Positions 8,734-18,027 of a DNA stretch of 64,000 nucleotides are shown in pieces (the first letter of the stretch is position 1; each line of letters starts with the position of its first letter). Made by a program: the position numbers and the translations under genes. A model generated the notes under the pieces. The model ran no database searches, was not told the DNA's origin, and worked only from the letters and a program-made list of their open reading frames with translations. This DNA is from Alphaproteobacteria bacterium (GTDB lineage: Bacteria > Pseudomonadota > Alphaproteobacteria > SP197). The DNA lies in assembly GCA_964291415.2 (NCBI GenBank), contig OZ219920.1, forward strand, positions 32,001 through 96,000, in the 5' to 3' direction.

Positions 8734-10060
8734 GGAAGCGTTCCAGCCATGTCACGTCATAGTGACCATTGGCGAAGTCCTGGTTGCCGAGAAGCGCCTG
8801 GTGGAGAGGGATGGTGGTCTCGATTCCGTCAATGGCGAACTCCTCGAGAGCCCGTCTCAACCGCATCATGCTCTCGTTGCGGTTGCGCCCGCACACGACG
8901 AGCTTGGCGATCAGGTTGTCGTAGGTCGGCGGTACCGTGTAGCCGGAGTAGAGGGCCGAATCGATCCGCACGCTCATGCCTCCCGGTGCGTGGTAGGTCG
9001 TCACCTGGCCTGGCGAAGGCATGAAGGAGAAGGGGCTTTCGGCATTGATCCGGCACTCGATCGCATGGCCGGTCATCGTCACGTCTTCCTGGCTGAAGCT
9101 GAGCGGTGCACCAGAGGAGAGGCGAATCTGTTCGCGCACGAGGTCGATCCCGGTCACCATTTCCGTCACGGGGTGTTCGACCTGCAACCGGGTGTTCATC
9201 TCGATGAAGTGAAACGAACCGTCCTCGTAGAGAAACTCAACCGTACCGAGACTCCGGTAGCCGAGTCGGGTCATGGCATCGACAACGAGCTTGCCGATGG
9301 CGAGCCGCTGCTCGGCATTGAGTGCGGGACTTGGCGCTTCCTCGACGATCTTCTGATGACGGCGCTGCACCGAGCAGTCGCGTTCGCCGAGGTGAACGAC
9401 GCGTCCTTCCTTGTCGCCGGCGACCTGGATCTCGATGTGGCGCGGACTGGTCAGAAACTTCTCCACGTAAAGGGATCCGTCGCCGAACGCAGCCTCCGAT
9501 TCGCGTCTCGACCGGGCAAAGACCGCCTCCATGGTGGAGTCGTCCTCCACCAGTGAGATACCGCGGCCGCCGCCGCCGGCTGCCGCCTTGAGAAGGACCG
9601 GATAGCCGATCTCCCGGGCGATCGCGGCGGCTTCGGCCGCGTCACGCACCACGCCTTCGGACCCTGGCAGCACCGGGATCCCGAGGTCCCTGGCCTTGTT
9701 GCGCGCCGCCATCTTGTCTCCCATCAGGCGAATATGTTCGCTGCCCGGTCCGATGAAGGTGATGCCATGTTCCTCGACGATTTCGGCAAACCGGCTGTTT
9801 TCGGACAGGAAGCCGTATCCTGGATGGATGGCATTGGCGCCGGTGACTTCGGCGGCGGCCAGGATGGCCGGAACATTGAGATAGCTGTCACGCGCCGGCG
9901 CCGGTCCTATGCACACACTCTCGTCGGCAAGGCGGACATGCATCGCGTTGGTGTCCACTTCGGAATGGACGGCGACGGTGCGGATGCCCATTTCCCGGCA
10001 GGCCCGGTGGATGCGAAGGGCCACTTCCCCGCGATTGGCAATAAGAACCTTGTCAAACAT
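8717..10060 (-). CDS. accC: Acetyl-CoA carboxylase biotin carboxylase subunit
   Basis: [51 protein letters not shown]. Confidence 0.97.
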   Translation of the reverse strand: MFDKVLIANRGEVALRIHRACREMGIRTVAVHSEVDTNAMHVRLADESVCIGPAPARDSYLNVPAILAAAEVTGANAIHPGYGFLSENSRFAEIVEEHGITFIGPGSEHIRLMGDKMAARNKARDLGIPVLPGSEGVVRDAAEAAAIAREIGYPVLLKAAAGGGGRGISLVEDDSTMEAVFARSRRESEAAFGDGSLYVEKFLTSPRHIEIQVAGDKEGRVVHLGERDCSVQRRHQKIVEEAPSPALNAEQRLAIGKLVVDAMTRLGYRSLGTVEFLYEDGSFHFIEMNTRLQVEHPVTEMVTGIDLVREQIRLSSGAPLSFSQEDVTMTGHAIECRINAESPFSFMPSPGQVTTYHAPGGMSVRIDSALYSGYTVPPTYDNLIAKLVVCGRNRNESMMRLRRALEEFAIDGIETTIPLHQALLGNQDFANGHYDVTWLERFLASAT

Positions 10061-10499
10061 GCGCCGGGTCGATGACCATGAGCACCTGGCCGTACTCGAC
10101 CGGCCTGCCGTCGGAGACGAGAATCTGGGTCACGGTGCCACCGAGGGGCGCACGGATCGGATTCATGACCTTCATCGCTTCGACGATCAGCAGGGTGTCG
10201 CCTTCCGCGACGTCGTCTCCCACATTCACGAATGAGGCCGCATCGGGCTCAGGAGCGAGATAGGCGGTGCCGACCATCGGCGAGCGAACGGCGCCCTCGC
10301 CGACGGGTTCCTGTGTGATTTCCGGAGGATACACGGCGGCCTGGGGCAAGGGGAACGCAGTGACGGACGTGTTTCCTCGCACCACGCGCAGCTTGCGTCC
10401 CGAGTTTTCCACCTCGATTTCCGCAAGGCCGGTTTCCTCGAGCAGGCGCGCCAGCTCCCGGATCACCTCCGCGTCGAGCGGGAAGGGTTCATGGCTCAT
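10053..10499 (-). CDS. accB: Biotin carboxyl carrier protein
   Basis: SPMVGT, biotinylation motif EAMKVMN; ATGA overlap with the aroQ stop. Confidence 0.96.
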   Translation of the reverse strand: MSHEPFPLDAEVIRELARLLEETGLAEIEVENSGRKLRVVRGNTSVTAFPLPQAAVYPPEITQEPVGEGAVRSPMVGTAYLAPEPDAASFVNVGDDVAEGDTLLIVEAMKVMNPIRAPLGGTVTQILVSDGRPVEYGQVLMVIDPAHV

Positions 10500-10951
10500 G
10501 GTGACGGAGATCCAACAATGGTGTGAATGGCCTCGATGGCCAGTATGTAGCCGTGGCCCCCAAATCCGCAAATCGAACCGGTGGCGACACTCGCCACATG
10601 GGAATGGTGCCGGAAGGGTTCCCTGGCGTGGATGTTGGAGAGATGGACCTCGACAACGACACCGTCGAACGCTCTCAGGGCATCGGCGAGGGCCACTGAC
10701 GTGTGGGTCAGTCCGCCGGCGTTGACGACAAGTGCCGCCGCCTGGCCACCGGCGTTCTGGACGGCATCGATCAACTCGCCTTCATGATTGCTCTGCAGGA
10801 AGTCCACCGCCATGGAAAGCTCACCGGCCCGCCGGCGCACGGCACGTTCGATGTCGGGCAGGGTCTGCAGACCGTAGATGCCCGGTTCCCTCGTGCCGAG
10901 AAGATTGAGATTGGGTCCGTTGAGAACCAGGATTCGGATGTCGTCGGGCAT
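10496..10951 (-). CDS. aroQ: Type II 3-dehydroquinate dehydratase
   Basis: [49 protein letters not shown]. Confidence 0.96.
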   Translation of the reverse strand: MPDDIRILVLNGPNLNLLGTREPGIYGLQTLPDIERAVRRRAGELSMAVDFLQSNHEGELIDAVQNAGGQAAALVVNAGGLTHTSVALADALRAFDGVVVEVHLSNIHAREPFRHHSHVASVATGSICGFGGHGYILAIEAIHTIVGSPSP

Positions 10952-11058
10952 GTCATCCCCAGTCAGCCACGGCCGCCCTTGCCCGGGGATCCCATCGCGG
11001 CATGAATCGATCATCCATTTCACACTGCCCTGCCGGCAGGTGCAACCGCTGCCGCGGG

Positions 11059-12387
11059 TCAGCCCCCTTCGAGGAAGTCGGTGGCGGCCAGGATATCGGT
11101 GGCGCGGAACCAGTCGGTGGTCCCGGTTTCGAGGCCGTCAATCGCGTCTCCGGCGAGCTTGCGGGCACGCCGGAGCTCGCCCCTCATGTAGTGCATCTCG
11201 GCGCGGGCGACCCGGGACCGCGCTTCATCGCCCAGCTTCTCGAAGGCATGGCCAAGCAGGCTCCATGTTACCGGCATGCCGCTTTCGTGGACGCGCGCCT
11301 CGTCGAGATGACGGATCGCCTCGCGCCAGCCGGCTTCCTCGTCGAGCTGCAGCAGGCTGCGTGCCAGGTTGATCCTCAGCAGCGGTTCCCCGGGGGCCAG
11401 CTTGACCGATTGCGCGAAGGACGGAACAGAGGCCGCGATGTCGCCGGTCTCATAGAGCATCTGGCCGCGCAGCTCGTGAAACCAGGGGTTCTCCGGTTCA
11501 TCCGCGATCAGGCCGCCGATGAGGGCCAGAGCCTCGTCCATCAGGCGCTCCCTGTAACGGGCGATGGACCAGGCGTAGCGGGAGTAGACCGATTCTTCAG
11601 GATCCGGATAGGTGCGGTACGTGACAGAGGGGTCGAGAAGAAAACCGGTGACCTTGGCGATCATGCGCCTGTGGCGGTCGATCACGTCCGCGTCGAAGGC
11701 GACGCCGCTGAAGGCGGAACGCTCGATGTGGGCGTTCATCGTGTGCACGCGTTCCGTGCTGAGAGGGTGGGTCAGGAACCAGGGAATCTCGGAGGACGAC
11801 GACAGCAGCAGTTCCGATTCCGCAAGTTCCTCCATCAGGTCGCGAAGCCCTTCCGCCGACTGGCCCGTCAGTTCGAGGGACCTGAGCGCGGCCTGGTCGG
11901 CAGCCGATTCCTGGATGCGGCTGAAGCGGGTAAAGGTGCGGGTGCCGATCTGCTGCCCGGCGGCGGCAACCGCCACGCCTGCCTCGCCACCGCCAATGAG
12001 GCCGACACCGACGCCGAGCAGCGTCGACAGAATCACCATCGCCGAGGCGTCCTCGATGGCGCCCCGAACCATGGTCAGATGACCTGCGGCCAGATGACCG
12101 ACTTCGTGGGCAATGACGCCGGTCACCATGCCCGGGTCGTCGCTGCGCCGCAGCAGACCGCTGAACAGGAACATGTGCTTGCCGTTGGCGACGAAGGCAT
12201 TGAGACTGTCATCGGCCACGAGATGAATGGCGAACCTGTCAAAGTCGAGGCCGTTGACGCGGAACAGTGGTTCGGCATAGCTGCTGATGATACTCTCGAT
12301 CTCGGCATCACGGAAAAGCGACATGCTCTGACCCGATTGGGCCCGGGTGCCGTCTGCTCCGCAGAACAAGGCAGCAAGGACAGTCAT
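11059..12387 (-). CDS. M48 family zinc metalloprotease with TPR-like C-terminus (BepA/YfgC-like)
   Basis: Signal peptide, RDAEIE, LNAFV, HEVGH zinc motif, [15 protein letters not shown]; start uncertain. Confidence 0.9.
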   Translation of the reverse strand: MTVLAALFCGADGTRAQSGQSMSLFRDAEIESIISSYAEPLFRVNGLDFDRFAIHLVADDSLNAFVANGKHMFLFSGLLRRSDDPGMVTGVIAHEVGHLAAGHLTMVRGAIEDASAMVILSTLLGVGVGLIGGGEAGVAVAAAGQQIGTRTFTRFSRIQESAADQAALRSLELTGQSAEGLRDLMEELAESELLLSSSSEIPWFLTHPLSTERVHTMNAHIERSAFSGVAFDADVIDRHRRMIAKVTGFLLDPSVTYRTYPDPEESVYSRYAWSIARYRERLMDEALALIGGLIADEPENPWFHELRGQMLYETGDIAASVPSFAQSVKLAPGEPLLRINLARSLLQLDEEAGWREAIRHLDEARVHESGMPVTWSLLGHAFEKLGDEARSRVARAEMHYMRGELRRARKLAGDAIDGLETGTTDWFRATDILAATDFLEGG

Positions 12388-13942
12388 GCCGAACACAATT
12401 GCGCGAACAGACAGACCCGCGTTGCGGGCGCTGGTTCTGGCCTTGGCGCTCGCGACAGCCTCCTGCGGGACCCTGGACGAGGCCGGGCCAACCGTCGGTC
12501 GGGTCGTGGGCGGTGGCGAGACCGGACTGGTGGCAGGCGAAGACGCGCTCGCCCGCCAGGTTGCCAGGGAAGTGCTGGCCCGGGAAGGAACCGCGGCAGA
12601 TGCCGCAGTGGCATATTTCTTCATGGCGGCGGTCAGCTATCCCTCGCGGGTTTCGCTCGCTTCCGGCGGTCTCTGCCTGTCATACGAGGAAGCGGAAAAC
12701 CAGACAAGACTTCTGGATTTCCGCAACCGTCCGGCCTCCACGGAAGGGGACGGTCTGCCGATCCCGGGGGCCGTGCGCGGCATGTCGGCCCTGCAGGCCG
12801 TCCATGGCAATCTCGCATGGCATGATCTGCTGGTTCCTGCCGAACGCGCAGCGCGGTTCGGTGTGCGGGTGTCGCCTGCTCTTGCACGCGATTTCGCACA
12901 CGCCTCCGGCGCCCTTTTCGGGAACGCCGAAGCCAGGCGTCTCTTCGCCTCTCACGCAGGCGGCATGCCTGGTGTCGGCGACCCCCTGGTGCAGTTCGAA
13001 CTGTCGGACATGCTGTCTGGAATCAGGACCCGTGGAGCCAGCGATTTCTATCGTGGCCGGACGGCGCGGAGCATCATCGAGGCGGCTCATGAGGCCGGCC
13101 GCGTCATCACGCCCGAAGAGCTCGCCACCTACGCGGTGGCGTGGTCCGATCCCGCAACGTTCGCTTACGAGCGAGGACTGATGGCCTCCGATCTGGCCGT
13201 GCAGGTGCCGGACGAGACCATCGATGCGGGAGCCTCGGTCCTGACGGCTCTCACTCTGCTGGGCGACGCCGGTTCAATGGACGGTAACGCAGAGAGGTAC
13301 CACCTGCTTGCCGAGGTGGCCCTGCGACTGGCGGTGGCACGCGGGTCGCCCGGAACAGTGAACCTGATGGAAAGTTATCGCGCCACCCGGGCAACGGACC
13401 CTGCGGCGCTGCCGGGATCACCGACGCCGCTCGGCGAATCGCCCCATGCCACGGGAGTCGTCACCGCCGATCGCATGGGCAACGCGGTGGCCTGCGTCTT
13501 CACCATGAATGGTCTGTTTGGCGACGGCTCCGTGCTGCCCGGGACCGGGATCATCATCCCGGCGTCATCCGGCGCCGACGAAACCCTGCTCCCCGTGATC
13601 GTGGTCAACGACGTGTTGCGTTCGGTGGTCATTGTCGGCACGGCGACAGGAGGTTCGGCGTCGCCCGTGGTCATGGCACAGGTCCTGATGGATACCCTGG
13701 ACAACAGCGTGTCATTGGATGACGCCGTCCGCCGCACGAGGGTACACCATCCCGGCATCCCCCATGTGGCGTTCGCCGAGGGAACGCCGGAGGACGAAGC
13801 CGGGGAAGCGCTCGCGAAACGCGGACATGCGGTGGAAAGGGTTGCCGAAATCGGCCGCGTGCTCGCCGTTCACTGCCCCGATGGCCTGCGCAATGCCCCG
13901 ACGAGCTGTGTGGCGGTCACCGATCCGCGGATTCCCGATTGA
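12386..13942 (+). CDS. Gamma-glutamyltransferase-fold lipoprotein, probably catalytically degenerate
   Basis: Lipobox ATASC, GTAADAAVA, IPGAVRG, DFYRG, DRMGNAVAC..TMNGLFG, DPR; start 12386 or TTG 12422. Confidence 0.8.
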   Translation: MPNTIARTDRPALRALVLALALATASCGTLDEAGPTVGRVVGGGETGLVAGEDALARQVAREVLAREGTAADAAVAYFFMAAVSYPSRVSLASGGLCLSYEEAENQTRLLDFRNRPASTEGDGLPIPGAVRGMSALQAVHGNLAWHDLLVPAERAARFGVRVSPALARDFAHASGALFGNAEARRLFASHAGGMPGVGDPLVQFELSDMLSGIRTRGASDFYRGRTARSIIEAAHEAGRVITPEELATYAVAWSDPATFAYERGLMASDLAVQVPDETIDAGASVLTALTLLGDAGSMDGNAERYHLLAEVALRLAVARGSPGTVNLMESYRATRATDPAALPGSPTPLGESPHATGVVTADRMGNAVACVFTMNGLFGDGSVLPGTGIIIPASSGADETLLPVIVVNDVLRSVVIVGTATGGSASPVVMAQVLMDTLDNSVSLDDAVRRTRVHHPGIPHVAFAEGTPEDEAGEALAKRGHAVERVAEIGRVLAVHCPDGLRNAPTSCVAVTDPRIPD

Positions 13943-16457
13943 TGGCATGACGGTGGAGATCGGGGCTCCCTTCGAGGCTTTGCGCCTGGCCGTGACCCAT
14001 GATCTTGTCGATCACAACGGTCACATGGGCATCCGCTCGTACACGAGGCTCTTCGATCGGGCCACCGGTCCGTTCTATGCCGCGCTCGGATTGTCGCGCG
14101 AAGCCCTCTCGCGACATGGTGCGACCGTCTTCGCCCTCCAGGACACGTCCTGGTACATCCGGGAGGTCCTTCTCGATGATCCGCTCCTCATCACCGCTCA
14201 ACTTGTCGATCACGACCACAACAAGATCGTGAGCTTCCTGACCATGATCCAGGAGCGGCAGAACTATGTCGCAGCGTCCTTCGAGCTGATCGAGATCCTC
14301 ATGGACCATGAGACCCGCCGACCGCGCCGCTTTCCGGAGGCCATCGCCTGCCGCCTGGCCGACGTCCGTGCAGCGCACGACGGTCTCGGGCGTCCGCCTC
14401 TCTCCGGACAGGGAATCGGCATACGCCGCTGATTCCCTATCCGGCCACGGCCTCCGCCTCGCCATCCGCAGGCGCAGTCCCCCGGCGGGTGCCGGACTCG
14501 TGTCACCTTGCTGTCCCTGGCGACTCTCGCCAGCGGTCTGCGGGGCATTGTCCCCGTTGGCCTTGCGCCGCCGGCCGCCGCGTCTGCCCCGTCGCCGGCG
14601 CCTGCGCTCTCCCTGTTCGGCGGCCTCGTCCTCGCTTTCCTGAGCGTCGGCTTTCACCGGATCCGGGTCCGCCTCCTGGCCGGCATCGCGGCGCCTGCGC
14701 CGCGAACGCTTGCGACGTCGCAAGGATGACGACTCGTCGGGGACTTGTGCCGCGTCGTCTCGCGGAGCATGGGCCGCGGTTCCGGAGTCGCCGGTATCGA
14801 TGCGGAAGTCGGGCGCCACCAGCCGGTCATCGGCTTCGATGGTTACCGTGACCTTGTAGCGATCCTCGATTCCCGTCAGCATGAGGCGCTTGTGGTTGAG
14901 CAGCTGGAAGGCGATGGCCATCGGTGCGGTCACAAGGAGTGTACGACCGGTCTTGCCCGCCGCCGAACTTTCGATACCACGCAACACGTGCAGCGTCGTC
15001 GACTCGATCGACCGCATGTAACCCGAACCGTTGCACGTCGGGCATGGCGCCGAGATGGCTTCCTCGAGACTGGGCCGCAAACGCTGGCGGGACAGTTCCA
15101 TGAGGCCGAAGTGGCTGATGCGGCCAACCTGGATGCGGGCACGGTCGCCCTTCACCGCCTCCTTCATGCGGCGTTCCACGGTGGCATCGTTGCGGCGGTC
15201 GTCCATGTCGATGAAGTCGATGACGACCAGCCCTGCAAGATCCCGCAACCGCATCTGGCGCGCGATTTCCTGCGTTGCCTCGAGATTGGTCTTCAGTGCC
15301 GTGTCCTCGATGGAACGCTCCCGTGTGGAACGTCCGGAGTTGACGTCGATGACCACGAGTGCCTCGGTCGGATTGATGACGAGCGAGCCGCCTGAAGCCA
15401 GAGGCACCACGGGGCTGTGCATGGCATCGATTTCCTTCTCCACGTCAAAGGCGTGGAACAGCGAAACCGAATCCCGGTGAAGCTTGACCCTCGAGGCATG
15501 GCTCGGCATGAGGAACTTCATGTAGGCCTTGGCGGTACGGTAGCCCTCGGCTCCCTCGACGAGCACTTCGTCAACGTTCTTCGTGTAGAGGTCGCGAATT
15601 GCCCGCTTGATGATGCTGGCCTCTTCCCTGATGAGGCATGGAGCCGTGCTCTTCAGCGTCTTGTCCCGGAGGTCCTCCCATTGCTTGAGGAGACTGTTGT
15701 AGTCGCGGCGGATCTCGGGACGCGAGCGGTTCTGACCTGCGGTGCGGATGATGAGCCCCATGCCTTCGGGAATGTCGAAGCCCGCAGCAACCTCCTTGAG
15801 GCGGCGGCGCTGTGCGTGGTCCGTGATCTTGCGCGAGATGCCACCACCACGGGGCGTGTTGGGCATCAGCACGCAGTAGCGTCCGGCGATTGACAGATAG
15901 GTGCTGAGTGCGGCCCCCTTGGTGCCGCGCTCCTCCTTGGTGACCTGAACCAGCAGGATCTGGTTTTTCCTGATCACCTCCTGAATGCGGTAGCCGCGCT
16001 TGAGGATGGCCGCATGAAGGATCGATTCGGGATGATCCTCGCGATCATCCTGCTGGCGGCGTCCTCGACTTCGTGCCGGGGAGGAGCCTGTCTCGGCGGG
16101 AACGGCTTCGCCGTCGGCGGAGTCGACCGCGTCGTCCTCTTCGATGTCGTCGAGGCTCGCTTCCTCGACCAGTCTTGCCTGTTCCGCGGTGATCTCGTCG
16201 CGGTCGGATACGGGAAGCTGGAAATAGTCAGTGTGAATCTCGCTGAACGGAAGGAACCCGTGTCGGTTGCCTCCGTACTCGACAAAGGCGGATTGCAGCG
16301 AAGGCTCGATGCGGACAACCTTGGCGAGATAGATGTTGGCCTTGATCTGTGTCTTGACAGATGATTCGACGTCGAATTCCTGCAGTTCATGTCCGTCGGA
16401 AACGACAACGCGGGTTTCTTCGGGGTGGCCCGCGTCGATGAGCATGCGTGTGGTCAT
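13917..16457 (-). CDS. rne: Ribonuclease E/G (frame stays open through the antisense thioesterase gene)
   Basis: MLIDAGHPEETRV, S1 domain NIYLAKV.RIEPSLQSAFVEYG, VIDVNSGR, LRDLAGLVVIDFIDM, CPTC zinc link, Arg-rich tail. Homologous region probably ends near 14430. Confidence 0.95.
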   Translation of the reverse strand: MTTRMLIDAGHPEETRVVVSDGHELQEFDVESSVKTQIKANIYLAKVVRIEPSLQSAFVEYGGNRHGFLPFSEIHTDYFQLPVSDRDEITAEQARLVEEASLDDIEEDDAVDSADGEAVPAETGSSPARSRGRRQQDDREDHPESILHAAILKRGYRIQEVIRKNQILLVQVTKEERGTKGAALSTYLSIAGRYCVLMPNTPRGGGISRKITDHAQRRRLKEVAAGFDIPEGMGLIIRTAGQNRSRPEIRRDYNSLLKQWEDLRDKTLKSTAPCLIREEASIIKRAIRDLYTKNVDEVLVEGAEGYRTAKAYMKFLMPSHASRVKLHRDSVSLFHAFDVEKEIDAMHSPVVPLASGGSLVINPTEALVVIDVNSGRSTRERSIEDTALKTNLEATQEIARQMRLRDLAGLVVIDFIDMDDRRNDATVERRMKEAVKGDRARIQVGRISHFGLMELSRQRLRPSLEEAISAPCPTCNGSGYMRSIESTTLHVLRGIESSAAGKTGRTLLVTAPMAIAFQLLNHKRLMLTGIEDRYKVTVTIEADDRLVAPDFRIDTGDSGTAAHAPRDDAAQVPDESSSLRRRKRSRRRRRDAGQEADPDPVKADAQESEDEAAEQGERRRRRRGRRGGRRRKANGDNAPQTAGESRQGQQGDTSPAPAGGLRLRMARRRPWPDRESAAYADSLSGERRTPETVVRCTDVGQAAGDGLRKAARSAGLMVHEDLDQLEGRCDIVLPLLDHGQEAHDLVVVVIDKLSGDEERIIEKDLPDVPGRVLEGEDGRTMSREGFARQSERGIERTGGPIEEPRVRADAHVTVVIDKIMGHGQAQSLEGSPDLHRHAINRESADR
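13947..14432 (+). CDS. 4HBT/hotdog-fold acyl-CoA thioesterase
   Basis: VDHNGHMG..SY..LFD motif, YIREV; begins 4 nt after the GGT-like stop. Confidence 0.85.
   Translation: MTVEIGAPFEALRLAVTHDLVDHNGHMGIRSYTRLFDRATGPFYAALGLSREALSRHGATVFALQDTSWYIREVLLDDPLLITAQLVDHDHNKIVSFLTMIQERQNYVAASFELIEILMDHETRRPRRFPEAIACRLADVRAAHDGLGRPPLSGQGIGIRR
14404..14444. repeat. 17-bp imperfect inverted repeat (hairpin) at the thioesterase 3' end
   Basis: ccggacagggaatcggc (14404-14420) versus gctgattccctatccgg (14428-14444): 15/17 complementary, 7-nt loop. Confidence 0.7.
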
Positions 16458-16766
16458 GGATGGTCCAGATAGTCCTGTCGGCAGGTCGGGTGACGTTGGT
16501 GTATCGCCGTCGCGCCGCCGCCTCGGTTGAGTGACGCCTCCACCATGGTTCATCCGCGGTATGGGCAGCACACAAGGCTTGCAGGACCGGAATCGTGTTC
16601 CGGTTCATGACACGGGAATGATCTGGTGCAAGGGTCACGGTTGTTCCAATTTCGGTGCCGGAACCGGCACCTCCCGTCGCACTGTCTAAGGTCGCGGGTC
16701 GTCCGCTACTTCCTGCTGCCATCCTTTGGCAGTGACCAGGCGACATCAATATCCTACAACGCCCTC

Positions 16767-17960
16767 ATGAGTCCGACAAGTCCCGGATACATCAAGGCTG
16801 TCATGACCGTGATCATGCTGACCCTGATGGTTTCGGGGGGGCATGGGCACGCCCTTGCCGGCGATACCGTTCTTGTCAACGTCAGGGCCGGTGTTTCGGG
16901 GGACCTGACGCGATTTGTCATCGACCTCGACGGACCGGCGGACTTTCACGCCTTCACGCTCGACGACCCTGCTCGGATTGTTGTTGACCTCTCGCAGGTG
17001 TCTCGGGGGATGTTCGAAAGGGAACGCGGCATCGACACCGGTCTTGTCGTGCGCGCCCGCTTCGGCACGCCGACCGTCGACGTGACGCGTGTGGTGCTCG
17101 ACCTTGTCGAACCCGGGGTGGTGCGCGACACCCTGGTCCTGGAACCGGAGGGTGACTACGGTCACCGGATCGTGCTCGACATTGCGCCGCTCGTCAGCGC
17201 TGCTCCATTGCCTGCCGACAGCGCGGTGGAGGATGACGGTATCCTCAGGCCCGGCGTCAAGCCTTCCCCGCCGCTCCCGATCATCGTTCTCGATCCAGGT
17301 CACGGAGGCCCGGATCCAGGCGCCGTCGGCGCCAGCGGCGCCCACGAGAAGGACATCGTCCTGGCCGCCGCACGCGAACTCAAGGCGATGCTGGAGGAGA
17401 CCGGGCGCTATCACGTGGTCATGACCCGTGAGGGCGACTGGATCCTGCGTCTTGCCGACCGGGTCCTGTTCGCCCGTGCGGCGGGCGCGGATCTCTTCAT
17501 CTCCCTGCACGCCGATTCAATCGACAACCCGCATGTCAGGGGCATGGGTGTCTACACACTGTCGGAAACCGCTTCGGACAGGGAGGCCGCAGCCCTCGCG
17601 CGGAACGAGAACCGGTCCGACCTCATCGAGGGAGTCGACTTCGTCAGCATCGACTACGATCCGGTTACCACCAATATCCTGATCGACCTGGCACAGAGGG
17701 AAACCAAGAACGCGTCGTCGGAGTTCGCCGGAATTCTGGCCAGCGAACTGACCCGGGTGACCGAGTTGCGCCGGAACGTCCACAGGTTCGCCGGATTTCG
17801 GGTGCTGAAGGCACCCGACGTCCCCTCGGTTCTGATAGAGATGGGTTTCTTGTCGAACCCGGTCGAGGAACGTCTGATGATGGATCGCTCCTGGAGGCGG
17901 ACATTCCTCGCCGGCGTTGTCAGGGCCATCGATACCTTCATGTCGTCGCGCCGGTCGTGA
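16767..17960 (+). CDS. amiC: N-acetylmuramoyl-L-alanine amidase (AMIN + Amidase_3)
   Basis: LDPGHGG.DPGA, HEKDIVL, LFISLHADS, AGFRVLKAPDVPSVLIEMGFLSN. Confidence 0.93.
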   Translation: MSPTSPGYIKAVMTVIMLTLMVSGGHGHALAGDTVLVNVRAGVSGDLTRFVIDLDGPADFHAFTLDDPARIVVDLSQVSRGMFERERGIDTGLVVRARFGTPTVDVTRVVLDLVEPGVVRDTLVLEPEGDYGHRIVLDIAPLVSAAPLPADSAVEDDGILRPGVKPSPPLPIIVLDPGHGGPDPGAVGASGAHEKDIVLAAARELKAMLEETGRYHVVMTREGDWILRLADRVLFARAAGADLFISLHADSIDNPHVRGMGVYTLSETASDREAAALARNENRSDLIEGVDFVSIDYDPVTTNILIDLAQRETKNASSEFAGILASELTRVTELRRNVHRFAGFRVLKAPDVPSVLIEMGFLSNPVEERLMMDRSWRRTFLAGVVRAIDTFMSSRRS

Positions 17961-18027
17961 CCGTTGCCACCGGCATGACACATGGACATGCGAGCGTGGT
18001 CTGGCCGGAGCGAGTGAAGAGAGCGGC

